A DNA stretch of 64,000 nt from a virus (taxonomy: Duplodnaviria; Caudoviricetes). The stretch covers positions 1 through 64,000 of IMG/VR virus record IMGVR_UViG_3300020578_000020; one strand, given 5' to 3'. Positions 30,007 to 39,808 of this stretch are shown piece after piece. Every line of letters starts with the position of its first letter. Position 1 is the stretch's first letter. Under the pieces are notes generated by a model that saw only the letters and a program-made list of their open reading frames with translations, did not search any database and had not been told where the DNA came from. The position numbers and the translations under genes were made by a program.

Positions 30007-31158
30007 ATGAAAATAAACAAAATTATAAGAAGAGTTCTTCTTGAAGTAGAAAATGGTATTAGAGGGTTTAATTACAAAGATCAAGAAGATATTTTAGAAA
30101 AAGGAAGGACTTACTGTTCTGATTTTAAAGCACAGGTTGGGGATCGAAAAGTTAAACGCTTAGATACTCAAGATATTGTTAAATTTCCTGGTTTGAAGGG
30201 AAATACTGAAATTGCTTACATTTCATCCAATCCTTTGAAGGACGGCTCAATAATAATGTTTTTTGCGATCGTAGATCCAGGAACTAGTAAAAGATCTTTT
30301 TACACTTATAATGTGAAATCAGGACAATCACCACAAAAATATACACAAGGTTGGGGGTATGACTGTGAACAAATGCAAGAAGTAAGTGAATTAGGAAAAG
30401 ATACTTTAAGTAGTGAACAAAAAGATCAACTCTCTGGATTCATAAAATCTAACCCAGAATATAAGGTTGACTATCCAGAAGGTGCTTATCAGGGTGAATT
30501 TGATAAAATTCCATATGGTGATTTAGAGTGGCCGACTACAGGTAAAAAAGTTTTACCCGACTACAAAGGGACAGGTTATGTCTACAAAAGACGTGGCTTA
30601 ACAAATCAAAACCAAGAAAAAGCAGGACAAACTGATGTAGTTTTGAATGCTAATGGTTTAACAAGAATCGAACCAGAGGATGCTCAAAGTCCTGAGGCAA
30701 ATGCTGGTTTCTTTTTGAAGGACATTGCGAAAGATTTACCGGCCTTGGCCGTCATGGCAGCACAAGACCCAAATTTGAAAGTTTATCCAGCACCTGATAC
30801 TCTTAAAATTCCAAACAGAGAAACTTGTAGAGACGTGATTAAATTGTTAAATAAATGTTCCAAATCTTCAACAACAAGGGAGGAATGTACTAGAGACCTT
30901 TGGAAAAACAAAATATTGGCCATTCAATGTGGAGATATGAAATTTGTTTCAGGAGCTTTTGGTGTGGGAGATGAGTTTAACCAAATATCTACGGATACTG
31001 GTAAATATGGGATTGCTAATCTTAGAAACGCCATTCAACAAGGATTTGATAGAAGTGAGCCAACACCGAACCCAAAATTTGAAATCAGAGAAAACTTTAA
31101 GAAAAAAATCACCAAATTATTAAACGAAGAATATAAAAGAAGAAATTTCGTAAAATAA
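30007..31158 (+). CDS. Leader-bearing hypothetical protein
   Basis: MKINKIIRRVLLE; leader-like C-terminus IRENFKKKITKLLNEE. Confidence 0.8.
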   Translation: MKINKIIRRVLLEVENGIRGFNYKDQEDILEKGRTYCSDFKAQVGDRKVKRLDTQDIVKFPGLKGNTEIAYISSNPLKDGSIIMFFAIVDPGTSKRSFYTYNVKSGQSPQKYTQGWGYDCEQMQEVSELGKDTLSSEQKDQLSGFIKSNPEYKVDYPEGAYQGEFDKIPYGDLEWPTTGKKVLPDYKGTGYVYKRRGLTNQNQEKAGQTDVVLNANGLTRIEPEDAQSPEANAGFFLKDIAKDLPALAVMAAQDPNLKVYPAPDTLKIPNRETCRDVIKLLNKCSKSSTTREECTRDLWKNKILAIQCGDMKFVSGAFGVGDEFNQISTDTGKYGIANLRNAIQQGFDRSEPTPNPKFEIRENFKKKITKLLNEEYKRRNFVK

Positions 31159-31161
31159 GAT

Positions 31162-31785
31162 ATGAACAAAAAAGATTTGGTAATCAAAAATTTATTATTA
31201 GAAAGAAAAAAACTTTTAGAACAAGGTTACGATCCTATAATAGTTGAAAATGCTTTCATGGACTTTTTCAAATTAGGTAAAAGTTCCATTGGCACCGCAC
31301 TGATTCAACTCCTCAAAAAAAATGTTTTTTTAGGTGTTGTAAAATATTTTGGTTTTAAAGAAACATCATTTTTTGCTCAAGCGATTGGAAATGCTTTCGC
31401 AAATGTTCCAATAAACCGTATTGGAGAATTTTTTTCTGATTGTAACTATTTTGTGGATGAAACTACAAAGGCTATTTTAGAAACTTTTGTTGATAAAGTA
31501 AGGATATCACTTAACAAGAATCAGGTAGATAATCTTTTTGGTCAGGCATTAAAAGAAATACTAGTTGAAGCCACTAGTAAAACGGAAACCTATAAAAGTT
31601 TATCCAAAAAATTACACACATTTGTTTGTCCAATGTTGAAAGAAGTAACCAATAAAATAGATCTATCCCCATTCAAAAACATTTCAAACACAGCCAAAAA
31701 AACTATTTCGAATGTTAAAGGAAAAGATATTGGTAATGTATTTTCTAAGGATATACTACCAGCAACTGCCGGTTCAACATCTTAG
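31162..31785 (+). CDS. Hypothetical protein
   Basis: 207 aa; LLE motifs at N-terminus. Confidence 0.75.
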   Translation: MNKKDLVIKNLLLERKKLLEQGYDPIIVENAFMDFFKLGKSSIGTALIQLLKKNVFLGVVKYFGFKETSFFAQAIGNAFANVPINRIGEFFSDCNYFVDETTKAILETFVDKVRISLNKNQVDNLFGQALKEILVEATSKTETYKSLSKKLHTFVCPMLKEVTNKIDLSPFKNISNTAKKTISNVKGKDIGNVFSKDILPATAGSTS

Positions 31786-32089
31786 ATCCCTACCGTCTAA
31801 GATCAGCATAGAAGATGCTTTTAAATTATTCGATGGTCAGCAGCACTAAAGGGTTAAGTAGTCGGGGTTCGAAATTGAACTGATTAATTTTTATTTCATC
31901 GTTAAGCTCGGCCATTTTTTTTCAGATAGCTTTTGCTCAAAATAGATGACCACTTTTCGGTCTAAGTGATTTGCTTTGAGCAACTTCGATAAAGCGTCAG
32001 GTCTTTAAGCAACAACAAATTAAAAAAAAAATAAAAAAAAAGTTTGTTGTTCAATTTAAAACTACTATATTTGTAGAAAATAATACACT

Positions 32090-32254
32090 ATGAAAAACCA
32101 AACTATCAAACTCGCAAAACTCGCAGCAATTATTGTTGTAATTTCTATCTCTTTTTATTTGATAAAATCAATGAAAAATGAACCTCACAATTTCAATCCT
32201 GATAAAGATTGGAGTTTTATGTTGATTAACAAAGATTCTAATTTTACTAAGTAA
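32090..32254 (+). CDS. Small membrane protein
   Basis: 54 aa with TM; TATATTTG box upstream. Confidence 0.45.
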   Translation: MKNQTIKLAKLAAIIVVISISFYLIKSMKNEPHNFNPDKDWSFMLINKDSNFTK

Positions 32255-32271
32255 TTTATTAATATTTATAC

Positions 32272-33030
32272 ATGATGGATAAGTCATTTCCCCTCTTATC
32301 AATTTTAATTACAATAGTTTTATTTTTTGTTTTTTTTTCTCCCGAAAGTAAGACAAACAAGTTCGATTCATTTTCTGAGCGAGTTCAAACTGTTAATAAT
32401 CAATATTCAGAATCTGCCCCTGTAGAATCTACTACAATAACTAAAGGAGGTGGCGGCAAGAATGTAAAAGAAACATCGAGTAACAATAAAAAAATTTATC
32501 ATAGTTTAGAAGCTCAAAACTATTACAAAAAAATAGTTTTCGGTAGTGAATATGGTGAAGAAAGAACTAATCCATTAAAATGGATCGAAGACATAAAAAT
32601 TTATGTTGACGGGGAAAAAAAAGACTATTTGGTTATAGAGTTACAAAGAATTTTAAATGAATTAAATGATATTATAATTCCTATTGATTTGGAAATTGTA
32701 ACTAACAAACAAGATGCTAATTTTTTTATTTATTTTGGAAGTCACACTGATTTTAAAGAAAGTTATGATCTTGTTTCACCTGAAATTTTAGAACACAATT
32801 GGGGTTATTTTGAGGTCTATTATGCATCTGCCAATATGTATGTTGATTTGTATAGAACTAGAAATATTGAATCTCAAAAACATCTTTTACGTGAAGAATT
32901 AACTCAATCTTTGGGTTTACAAAATGATAGTTATGATTATCCTGAAAGTATATTTTATCAAGGTTGGACAACCACTACAGAATATGCGCCCATCGATAGA
33001 GAGTTAATTGACATGTTGTATAATAATTGA
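32272..33030 (+). CDS. DUF2927-like membrane-anchored protein
   Basis: N-terminal TM; HLLREELTQSLGLQNDS...SIFY. Confidence 0.7.
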   Translation: MMDKSFPLLSILITIVLFFVFFSPESKTNKFDSFSERVQTVNNQYSESAPVESTTITKGGGGKNVKETSSNNKKIYHSLEAQNYYKKIVFGSEYGEERTNPLKWIEDIKIYVDGEKKDYLVIELQRILNELNDIIIPIDLEIVTNKQDANFFIYFGSHTDFKESYDLVSPEILEHNWGYFEVYYASANMYVDLYRTRNIESQKHLLREELTQSLGLQNDSYDYPESIFYQGWTTTTEYAPIDRELIDMLYNN

Positions 33031-33181
33031 TATATTTGTTACATGTATGTAATTATGTTAGATTCACATGGTGAAGTCTTATAATTTTAAAAAAAAGAAG
33101 ACGCCGATGAATTGTCAAAAATTGCGAACGTAAACACGGATTCAGGTCACAAATGCGAAGTTAAACAAGTTTAAATAATAA

Positions 33182-33255
33182 GGTTCCGTAGCATAATTGA
33201 ATAATGCAACTCACTTCTAATGAGTAGATTTCAGGTTTGAATCCTGACGGGACTA
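33182..33255 (+). tRNA. tRNA-Arg(TCT), non-canonical D- and T-loops
   Basis: GGTTCCG/CGGGACT; ACTCA-CTTCTAA-TGAGT; T-loop TTTGAAT; no D-loop GG. Confidence 0.75.
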
Positions 33256-33274
33256 CAAATAAAAAAATTAAAAT

Positions 33275-34774
33275 ATGAAAAAAACACTTATAACACTGAT
33301 CTTATTAGCAATCACTTTTTGCCTATTTTTCTACACATGTTCAAATAGAAATTTAGGAGAAACTAAATTTAATTTTTCTATTGTAGAAAATAAAGATTTT
33401 AAGAATCTCCCAGCATTACAATCTTTTGCATTTGCCACATATAAAGATTATTGGATTATGTTAGGGGGAAGAACAAATGGATTTCACGGGTTTCCAAATC
33501 AACCAACTCCTGCTTTTCCTTATTCAAAAGCTAATAAGTACATATATGTTTATAATACAAAAAAACATATTCTTGATAGTATGAGTGTTTATGAATTGCC
33601 ACAAACAATTCAAAATCAGTATGCAACCACAAATATGCAACAAACTCAATATGGAGATTTTCTTTATTTGTGTGGGGGATATGGTAAGGCTGATTCATCT
33701 TCTTCATCGAAATTCATAACAGATAGTACTATCTCGAGAATAAATTTACCGGCATTAATACAAAGAGTTTCTCTCAAACGAAAAAACATAATGCTTGAAA
33801 CAATATTCGCTTTTGATTCAAAGCCGAACTTTGCTGTTTGTGCTACTGGTGGGGAATTAATAAAACTTGAAAATGGTAGTTTCTATCTTTGTGTTGGACA
33901 TAGATATTATGGAGAATATTCAGATACTTTGCCACCTCCAATACAAAGATATAGAAACAATGTTACGGTTTTCGATTTAATAGAAAAATCAAATTCTATT
34001 TCTATAAATCCATCTACAATAAAAATAATAACAGATAATCTTCCAGATACCACTACTCAATTTCATAGACGAGATTTAGTTGTTGCTCCAGCAATATTAG
34101 GAGATAAAAAATCTGTTGGTATTAGTATTTATGGAGGGGTTTTCACTTCAAAAAATTCAACACCTTATTTAAATCCAATTTATTTAACAGAAAAATCATA
34201 TAAAGTTTTTCCATTTAAACAACCTTCAAATCACTATTCTGCAGCACACATTGAAATGTATTCAAAAGAAAGCAATAAAATGTTTACAACCATAGTGGGC
34301 GGAATAGTAGATGGTTTTTCAGATACATCTAACGCAAGTTTTACAAAAAAGATTTTAACATTAGAAAAGAATTATGAAATAGATATTGTAAAATCATTTT
34401 ACAATAAAACAGAACTTGATACGTTTATGGGTTCAGAATCTGTGTTTGTGTTATCAAATAATTTATCTAAATACAAAAACAATTACAGTATCATAGATTT
34501 TGATAAAATACCGGTCATGAATAAAGATTCAGATTCTTTATTGATAGGATTTATTTACGGGGGAATTTTATCAACAGCAGCACAATCAAATCAATATCCA
34601 AGTTCTCGACAAACATTTGCACCAACGTTTTCTTCGAATAAAGTTTATTCTGTTTACATAAATAAATATTCGAAAGGTTCGGAATCAAACAATAATATTA
34701 TTTTTGTTTTTTTAATTTTCATAATTTTAATACCTATTTTATTTTTGTTAATAAAAAAATCAAAAAAATCATAA
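33275..34774 (+). CDS. Exported beta-propeller/kelch-like protein with C-terminal membrane anchor
   Basis: N-terminal hydrophobic signal; repeated hydrophobic-GG motifs; C-terminal TM plus lysines. Confidence 0.6.
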   Translation: MKKTLITLILLAITFCLFFYTCSNRNLGETKFNFSIVENKDFKNLPALQSFAFATYKDYWIMLGGRTNGFHGFPNQPTPAFPYSKANKYIYVYNTKKHILDSMSVYELPQTIQNQYATTNMQQTQYGDFLYLCGGYGKADSSSSSKFITDSTISRINLPALIQRVSLKRKNIMLETIFAFDSKPNFAVCATGGELIKLENGSFYLCVGHRYYGEYSDTLPPPIQRYRNNVTVFDLIEKSNSISINPSTIKIITDNLPDTTTQFHRRDLVVAPAILGDKKSVGISIYGGVFTSKNSTPYLNPIYLTEKSYKVFPFKQPSNHYSAAHIEMYSKESNKMFTTIVGGIVDGFSDTSNASFTKKILTLEKNYEIDIVKSFYNKTELDTFMGSESVFVLSNNLSKYKNNYSIIDFDKIPVMNKDSDSLLIGFIYGGILSTAAQSNQYPSSRQTFAPTFSSNKVYSVYINKYSKGSESNNNIIFVFLIFIILIPILFLLIKKSKKS

Positions 34775-34950
34775 AACAATCAAGAAAAAAATAAAAAAAA
34801 TGGAAGACATACACCAACAAATTCACGAAGAGTTTATTAACTCAGAAGATTATTTTCAATACATTAAAGAACTTTTTGAATATGAAGAAAAACTTACTTT
34901 ACAATCTGAAATATAAAAATTATTATTAATTCAGGTTAATAGATAATGTA

Positions 34951-35020
34951 AGTCGTATAGCTCAGATGGTAGAGCAATCTCTCAGTGGACGTGTCACAGG
35001 TTCGAATCCCGTTGCGACTT
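34951..35020 (+). ncRNA. tRNA-like RNA with shortened anticodon arm
   Basis: AGTCGTA/TGCGACT; canonical D-arm and TTCGAAT T-loop; only ~14 nt for the anticodon arm. Confidence 0.6.
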
Positions 35021-35096
35021 TGTAAATTTACAAAAGGTGTTGAAAACATTTCAACACCTTTTTTCTGCTGTCAATTATTTTTGTTATCTTTGTAAT

Positions 35097-35594
35097 ATGA
35101 AAAACAAACTCCCATACGAAAAGACAGGAAACGCGATTAAAGGATATACTGAATCTGTAATTGCTAAAAGTGAAAGAGGTGATTGTGTTGTAAGAGCATT
35201 TGCGTCTTCATTCGACGTTTCTTATGACTTTGCTCACAAATACGTTGCAGATGAGTTTGGAAGAAAACCAAAAAAAGGAACTTATGGGACTATTAAAACT
35301 CTTGTTAAAATGTCAGACAGTTTAATAAAAGTCAATGGTAAAAAAATCCGTCCTCTTGGAGTAAGACACAATGATCATTTATTAAAATCATTAATGTATG
35401 ATATTACTGTAAAAGGTGTGACTAAAAAAAGAAACATGACCGTTGGAACATTCGTTAAACAAAACCCAAAGGGGACTTTCTTTGTATTGGTTAGACAACA
35501 CGCATTTACAATTAAAGATGGTGTTGTTATTGGGAATCCTGAAGATGCAACCAAAACCAAACGACCTATGAGATGTGCCTTTGAAATTAAATAA
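35097..35594 (+). CDS. DCxVRA-motif protein, paralog of 12634
   Basis: GDCVVRAFA...HAFTIKDG; TATCTTTG 35085-35092 then ATG. Confidence 0.65.
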   Translation: MKNKLPYEKTGNAIKGYTESVIAKSERGDCVVRAFASSFDVSYDFAHKYVADEFGRKPKKGTYGTIKTLVKMSDSLIKVNGKKIRPLGVRHNDHLLKSLMYDITVKGVTKKRNMTVGTFVKQNPKGTFFVLVRQHAFTIKDGVVIGNPEDATKTKRPMRCAFEIK

Positions 35595-35683
35595 ATTTAA
35601 AAATCACTTGTTAATTAAAAAAAGATTCCTATCTTTGTACAAGAAATTAAAACTTTTTAGAAAACGATATAATTATAATAGAA

Positions 35684-35788
35684 ATGAAAAATACACTCAA
35701 ACATATGGTCAATTGTCTACCGAGCAATCAGTGGTCGTTTAGCTATATTACGCGTAAACAGTCGAGGGTATTTTCACTTATGAGTTAA
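35684..35788 (+). promoter_or_regulatory. Putative attenuator leader peptide (34 aa) upstream of tRNA genes
   Basis: MKNTLKHMVNCLPSNQWSFSYITRKQSRVFSLMS between TATCTTTG box (~35630) and terminator. Confidence 0.45.
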
Positions 35789-35819
35789 AAACGTTTAACT
35801 TACATAATAAAAGGAATGT

Positions 35820-35856
35820 AAAACCCGAGACATAAAAATCTCGGGTTTTTTGTTTT
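35820..35856 (+). terminator. Intrinsic terminator directly upstream of tRNA-Thr
   Basis: AAAACCCGAGA/TCTCGGGTTTT plus T-run. Confidence 0.8.
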
Positions 35857-35862
35857 ATATTG

Positions 35863-35934
35863 GCTCTGTAAGCATTGATGGCGATGCGTCTGACTTGTAA
35901 TCAGAAGAAATCAGTTCGATTCTGGTACGGAGCT
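35863..35934 (+). tRNA. tRNA-Thr(TGT)
   Basis: GCTCTGT/ACGGAGC; TCTGA-CTTGTAA-TCAGA; TTCGATT. Confidence 0.85.
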
Positions 35935-36059
35935 CAAAAAAGGTTCTTTGACATATTCAATTACAGTTGGTTCTAATCCAACTTGAGACACAAAAAATTT
36001 AGTAAAACTGAACGTTTATTACCAAAAAATGGTTAATTTTGTTCAAAAAAACTAAAACA

Positions 36060-36136
36060 CGGCACATATACCCTCCGTCTGATACGCGGTTGAAAGGTTA
36101 ATTGGTCCCATGTAGGTTCGATTCCTACTGTGCCGA
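36060..36136 (+). ncRNA. Rearranged tRNA-like RNA (no D-arm, GAT loop, long 3' linker)
   Basis: Perfect CGGCACA/TGTGCCG and GTAGG-TTCGATT-CCTAC; CCGT-CTGATAC-GCGG only 8 nt after the acceptor. Confidence 0.65.
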
Positions 36137-36265
36137 CAAATAGTTCACAACGGACAAGGCTTAGGCTCAAAGGAGGGGGCGGCCCTTGCTTTTGCTAAGA
36201 AACGTAAAATGGTCTTATAGTTTAATTTTTTAATATAGGTCATATTTATAGTAAAATAATATAAT

Positions 36266-36607
36266 ATGAAAAAGGTTTTAAAATTAACAGAAAACGATTT
36301 AATCAGAATAGTAAAAAGGGTCGTTAAAGAAAATAAGGATTTCAGAAGTGATATGGGAGTTAATCCTTTATTCGAAGAAATTATGGATGAAATTTATAAT
36401 ATGTTTGATGATATAAATGATGCAAATAGTATATCTGATTTGGAAATGATTGAAGATGATGCTATTTATTTGGCTAAGGATATTGAGAACTCAGATGAAG
36501 TAAGTGACAATGAGAAGGATGAATTGCTTGATAATCTTGACGGTTGTTTCAAACTGATTGAGGATATGTATCGTGATTTTGAAGAAGAAGGTGACTATAA
36601 ATATTAA
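36266..36607 (+). CDS. RLTESDL-leader acidic protein
   Basis: MKKVLKLTENDLIRIVKRVVKE. Confidence 0.8.
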   Translation: MKKVLKLTENDLIRIVKRVVKENKDFRSDMGVNPLFEEIMDEIYNMFDDINDANSISDLEMIEDDAIYLAKDIENSDEVSDNEKDELLDNLDGCFKLIEDMYRDFEEEGDYKY

Positions 36608-36626
36608 TAGGTAAAAACATTACAAT

Positions 36627-37154
36627 ATGAAAAAAATTATCAGACTTACAGAATCAGACCTTACTCGTATTGTCAAACGAGTGATCAAAGAAAATGAGGA
36701 GGGTTCTATCTCTGAAATTTACAAAGTAATTACAGATGAAGAAATTGAAAATTTTAAAATTAATTTATTAGAATTACTTAATAAACATATTTTAGGAAGA
36801 ATGAATCGAGAAAATTATTTAAATCATTACGATATCCAACACAGTTATAATCTTTGGAGAAAAAAGAACATGTCTAAATATACACGAAGACCATCAAAAA
36901 GATTTGATGATGAAATTGAATATGACGAACTTTCAAAAAATAAACAAGAAGAGTTGATTGATTTAAGAAATACAAACATTAAAAAAATTGGTAAACTTTT
37001 TGAAGAATTAATTGAACATTATAAAAACAAATATGATTTAATTGAAGAAGATTCAGGAATAAAATCAGGAATTGCGGACGTTCTTGATGTTTTAAATTTC
37101 GAATACACAAGTTATTTAGAACATATAATGTATCCAAACAAGTTCAAAGATTAA
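36627..37154 (+). CDS. RLTESDL-leader hypothetical protein
   Basis: MKKIIRLTESDLTRIVKRVIKE. Confidence 0.8.
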   Translation: MKKIIRLTESDLTRIVKRVIKENEEGSISEIYKVITDEEIENFKINLLELLNKHILGRMNRENYLNHYDIQHSYNLWRKKNMSKYTRRPSKRFDDEIEYDELSKNKQEELIDLRNTNIKKIGKLFEELIEHYKNKYDLIEEDSGIKSGIADVLDVLNFEYTSYLEHIMYPNKFKD

Positions 37155-37338
37155 GAAAAATACTTACACAATAATCATCACCCCGTATTGCCAAATGATA
37201 CCCTATTAAAAAAAGAGGGGGTTTTTTATTCCAAAAAAATTTGGCCAATTGAAATGAAGTCCATATATTTGTAGAAACCTCATCAATTGATGTGGTTTTT
37301 TTATTTTATTGATATATTTATTTATAAAGAATTTACTT

Positions 37339-38217
37339 ATGAAAAAAATCGCAAAAATTTTAATCGCACTCGGAATTGGTCTTATCGTAGCAGGAACAAT
37401 TCTTTGGAAATGTAATCAACCTAATCCAACCCCACCTCCACCAGCGCCAACAGTTAGTGTAGACACAACAAAATACACAGACGTTGTACTTATCAATAAT
37501 TCTAAGCTTGATTCAGTAGAAGTGTTTATTACACTAGAACATGGTAATAGTATTGTAGGTAAATTTGGTATGACTAAAGCCAATATTTATGATTCCATTG
37601 CTTGTTATTGTCCCCCCGAAAATTTACCTTGTAAAGGTTCGTTTTGGGCTAAAAAAGGTGTACCATACCACTTAGGTGACACTAATGTACTCAATGGTGT
37701 AATGGTAACATTTGGTGCATGGAATCGTGAATGTCAAGGAGCTATCAACGCCGGCTATCCACATGGCTTAAATAACTTTGAGTTTAATGTTAATACATGG
37801 TGGCAAGAAGGAAAGGTAACGGGTAATGGTGAATCTTTTGATATTACATTGGTGGACGGTTTGCACTGTATATTGAGACAAACAGCAACATCTACCGGCC
37901 CAAGAAATAGCAATGGACTAAATCCAAACTTTAGTGCATTTTGGGACTTTGGGCCAAAGGATAAATATGGAAAACTTTTACCTTTTACTACTTCAACAAA
38001 TGGGCCAACGTTTGCAACTTGTATCAACATACCTGCAGTTTACCCATACGGATGTGACCACGGCAATTATTCACAAAAACCTCCAACACCAATATGTTTT
38101 CCAATAAAGTGTTCTGATAAGTGGGGTGTTAATGCTTCGCAAACAAATCGTCAAGGACAAGGTGGACGAGTTACTTGTGAGTTTTTAGGTTTCATTGGGG
38201 AACCTGCAAATAAATAA
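37339..38217 (+). CDS. Membrane-anchored Cys-rich protein, thaumatin-like motif
   Basis: N-terminal TM, Pro linker, FEF...SFDITLVDG, AVYPYGCD. Confidence 0.55.
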   Translation: MKKIAKILIALGIGLIVAGTILWKCNQPNPTPPPPAPTVSVDTTKYTDVVLINNSKLDSVEVFITLEHGNSIVGKFGMTKANIYDSIACYCPPENLPCKGSFWAKKGVPYHLGDTNVLNGVMVTFGAWNRECQGAINAGYPHGLNNFEFNVNTWWQEGKVTGNGESFDITLVDGLHCILRQTATSTGPRNSNGLNPNFSAFWDFGPKDKYGKLLPFTTSTNGPTFATCINIPAVYPYGCDHGNYSQKPPTPICFPIKCSDKWGVNASQTNRQGQGGRVTCEFLGFIGEPANK

Positions 38218-38247
38218 AACAAATTAGCAGTAAAGAACTGCCCGATT

Positions 38248-38589
38248 ATAGAAAAAATAATTAGACTTACAGAATCAGACCTTGCTCGTATTGTCAAACG
38301 AGTGATCAAAGAAAATGAAATGTCCGACGACTATTATGATATGGACATTAAGGGTGAGGATGAAAACTTGGATATGGACCCAATATCACAATTCACACCT
38401 GAAGAATTGAATAAAATACACGATACGGTGTATATGTTGTCACAACCTGAGTTTTTGGATAAGGATGAAGCGGAATCATACCTTTTTTATACCGTAGCCA
38501 AAGAGGATGAGAATCTATACAATTCACTTGTCGATTGGTTGAAAAGAAATGGACTTGATAACCCTAGACTTCGACACGGGTATAGATAA
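38248..38589 (+). CDS. RLTESDL-leader protein lacking canonical start (ATA), possible pseudogene
   Basis: ATA GAA AAA ATA ATT AGA CTT ACA GAA TCA GAC in frame with track ORF 38302. Confidence 0.6.
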   Translation: MEKIIRLTESDLARIVKRVIKENEMSDDYYDMDIKGEDENLDMDPISQFTPEELNKIHDTVYMLSQPEFLDKDEAESYLFYTVAKEDENLYNSLVDWLKRNGLDNPRLRHGYR

Positions 38590-38689
38590 CTTAATTAACC
38601 CCCACCTCATCCGTGGGGTTTTTTATTTCAAAAAAGATTTGGAGAATTGAAATGTTTTTTATATCTTCGTAAAATAAACAAAGATAGAT

Positions 38690-39214
38690 ATGGAAAACTT
38701 GATAAACATTTTGAAGAAAGAAACTGAAACATTAAAAGTTCAGTATGTTGCTAAAACTAAAGAGTGGGCAAAAGACCAGTTTGATGCAATTGTGGTTAAA
38801 TTAAAATGGTCCGAACTTCAATGGTGTGACTATTTTGGATTGACACCTGGAGTTTATAATCAAGGAACTTCTTTGGAATTTAAATCATTTCCAAGAGGTT
38901 TCTACAACACCAAACAAAGTCGTGAGTATTCTAACTTCAAAGACAAAGCGGCTAAGATCAAAAAAATGGGTGTTGAGGAATATATGTTGGCTGAAGAGAA
39001 AAAAGCTGTGTTACACTACGAAGGATCTATCGTAAAACTTGCAAACCGAATTGAGAAAAAAGGTTTGAACGTAGATAAACTTGTTGTTGAAACTTCTCAC
39101 ATCGGTGTTAATATCAACACTACATTGACTGATGGTGAGAAAACTGTAAGAGCATTTACGATCATCGCATCAGGTGAGATCCAAAGACCACACTACAGAT
39201 ATTTGGTAAAATAA
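38690..39214 (+). CDS. Hypothetical early-type protein
   Basis: TATCTTCG box upstream; C-terminal IIASGEIQRPHYRYLVK. Confidence 0.75.
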   Translation: MENLINILKKETETLKVQYVAKTKEWAKDQFDAIVVKLKWSELQWCDYFGLTPGVYNQGTSLEFKSFPRGFYNTKQSREYSNFKDKAAKIKKMGVEEYMLAEEKKAVLHYEGSIVKLANRIEKKGLNVDKLVVETSHIGVNINTTLTDGEKTVRAFTIIASGEIQRPHYRYLVK

Positions 39215-39275
39215 TATCAAAAAAGATTTGCAATAACAGAAAAGTTTGAATATATTTGTAGAAACAATAAAACAT

Positions 39276-39614
39276 ATGGGAAGCTACATTTACACTTACA
39301 AGAAAAAATTAGATAAGAAAGTAATTCTTGACGGACAAGAAGTTAAGGTTGGTGAAGCTACTTTTTTATGTAAACAAGATTGGTCAGGAAATTACACACC
39401 ACAAGAAAAACGTGAAATGACAAGAGCCGCCTGTTTACTTGAACAAGACCAACCCAACTATATTATGTTTGGTGAATCAGTTTATAAAAATAATAAACGT
39501 GGTCTTTGGAGTGATGCTAGTGGTTTTTGGACTGGAATTGATTACAAAAAAGACTATGTTGGTAATTTAGAAAAAGTTGGTAGAAAATATTTTATAAAGT
39601 GTTTGGTAGATTAA
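39276..39614 (+). CDS. Hypothetical early-type protein
   Basis: TATATTTG box with upstream TTTG; start moved to ATG 39276. Confidence 0.7.
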   Translation: MGSYIYTYKKKLDKKVILDGQEVKVGEATFLCKQDWSGNYTPQEKREMTRAACLLEQDQPNYIMFGESVYKNNKRGLWSDASGFWTGIDYKKDYVGNLEKVGRKYFIKCLVD

Positions 39615-39808
39615 AATAAAGTTCTTATATTTGTAAAACAAACGGGGGTGAGACAATGTGATGGTGGACTCACCCCCACACAAAAGGTAAAAGTTCTTTG
39701 ATTTAAAATATTGTGGTTGTAAGAAAGGGGAAACTCGTAAAGTTCATTAACCAGTTGGCTCAAGATGGTGAAACGAGAGTGTGAGTCAACTACTAAACTA
39801 CAAAAAAT

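Noticed and set aside
34951-35020. Opal suppressor or tRNA-Sec because of TCA in the loop region
   Set aside because: No 5-bp stem with 7-nt loop and U33 around TCA, and no long Sec variable arm
35955-36226. Extra tRNAs near 35965-35992 (T-arm-like) and 36211-36226 (5'-end-like)
   Set aside because: Only fragments; no complete cloverleaf
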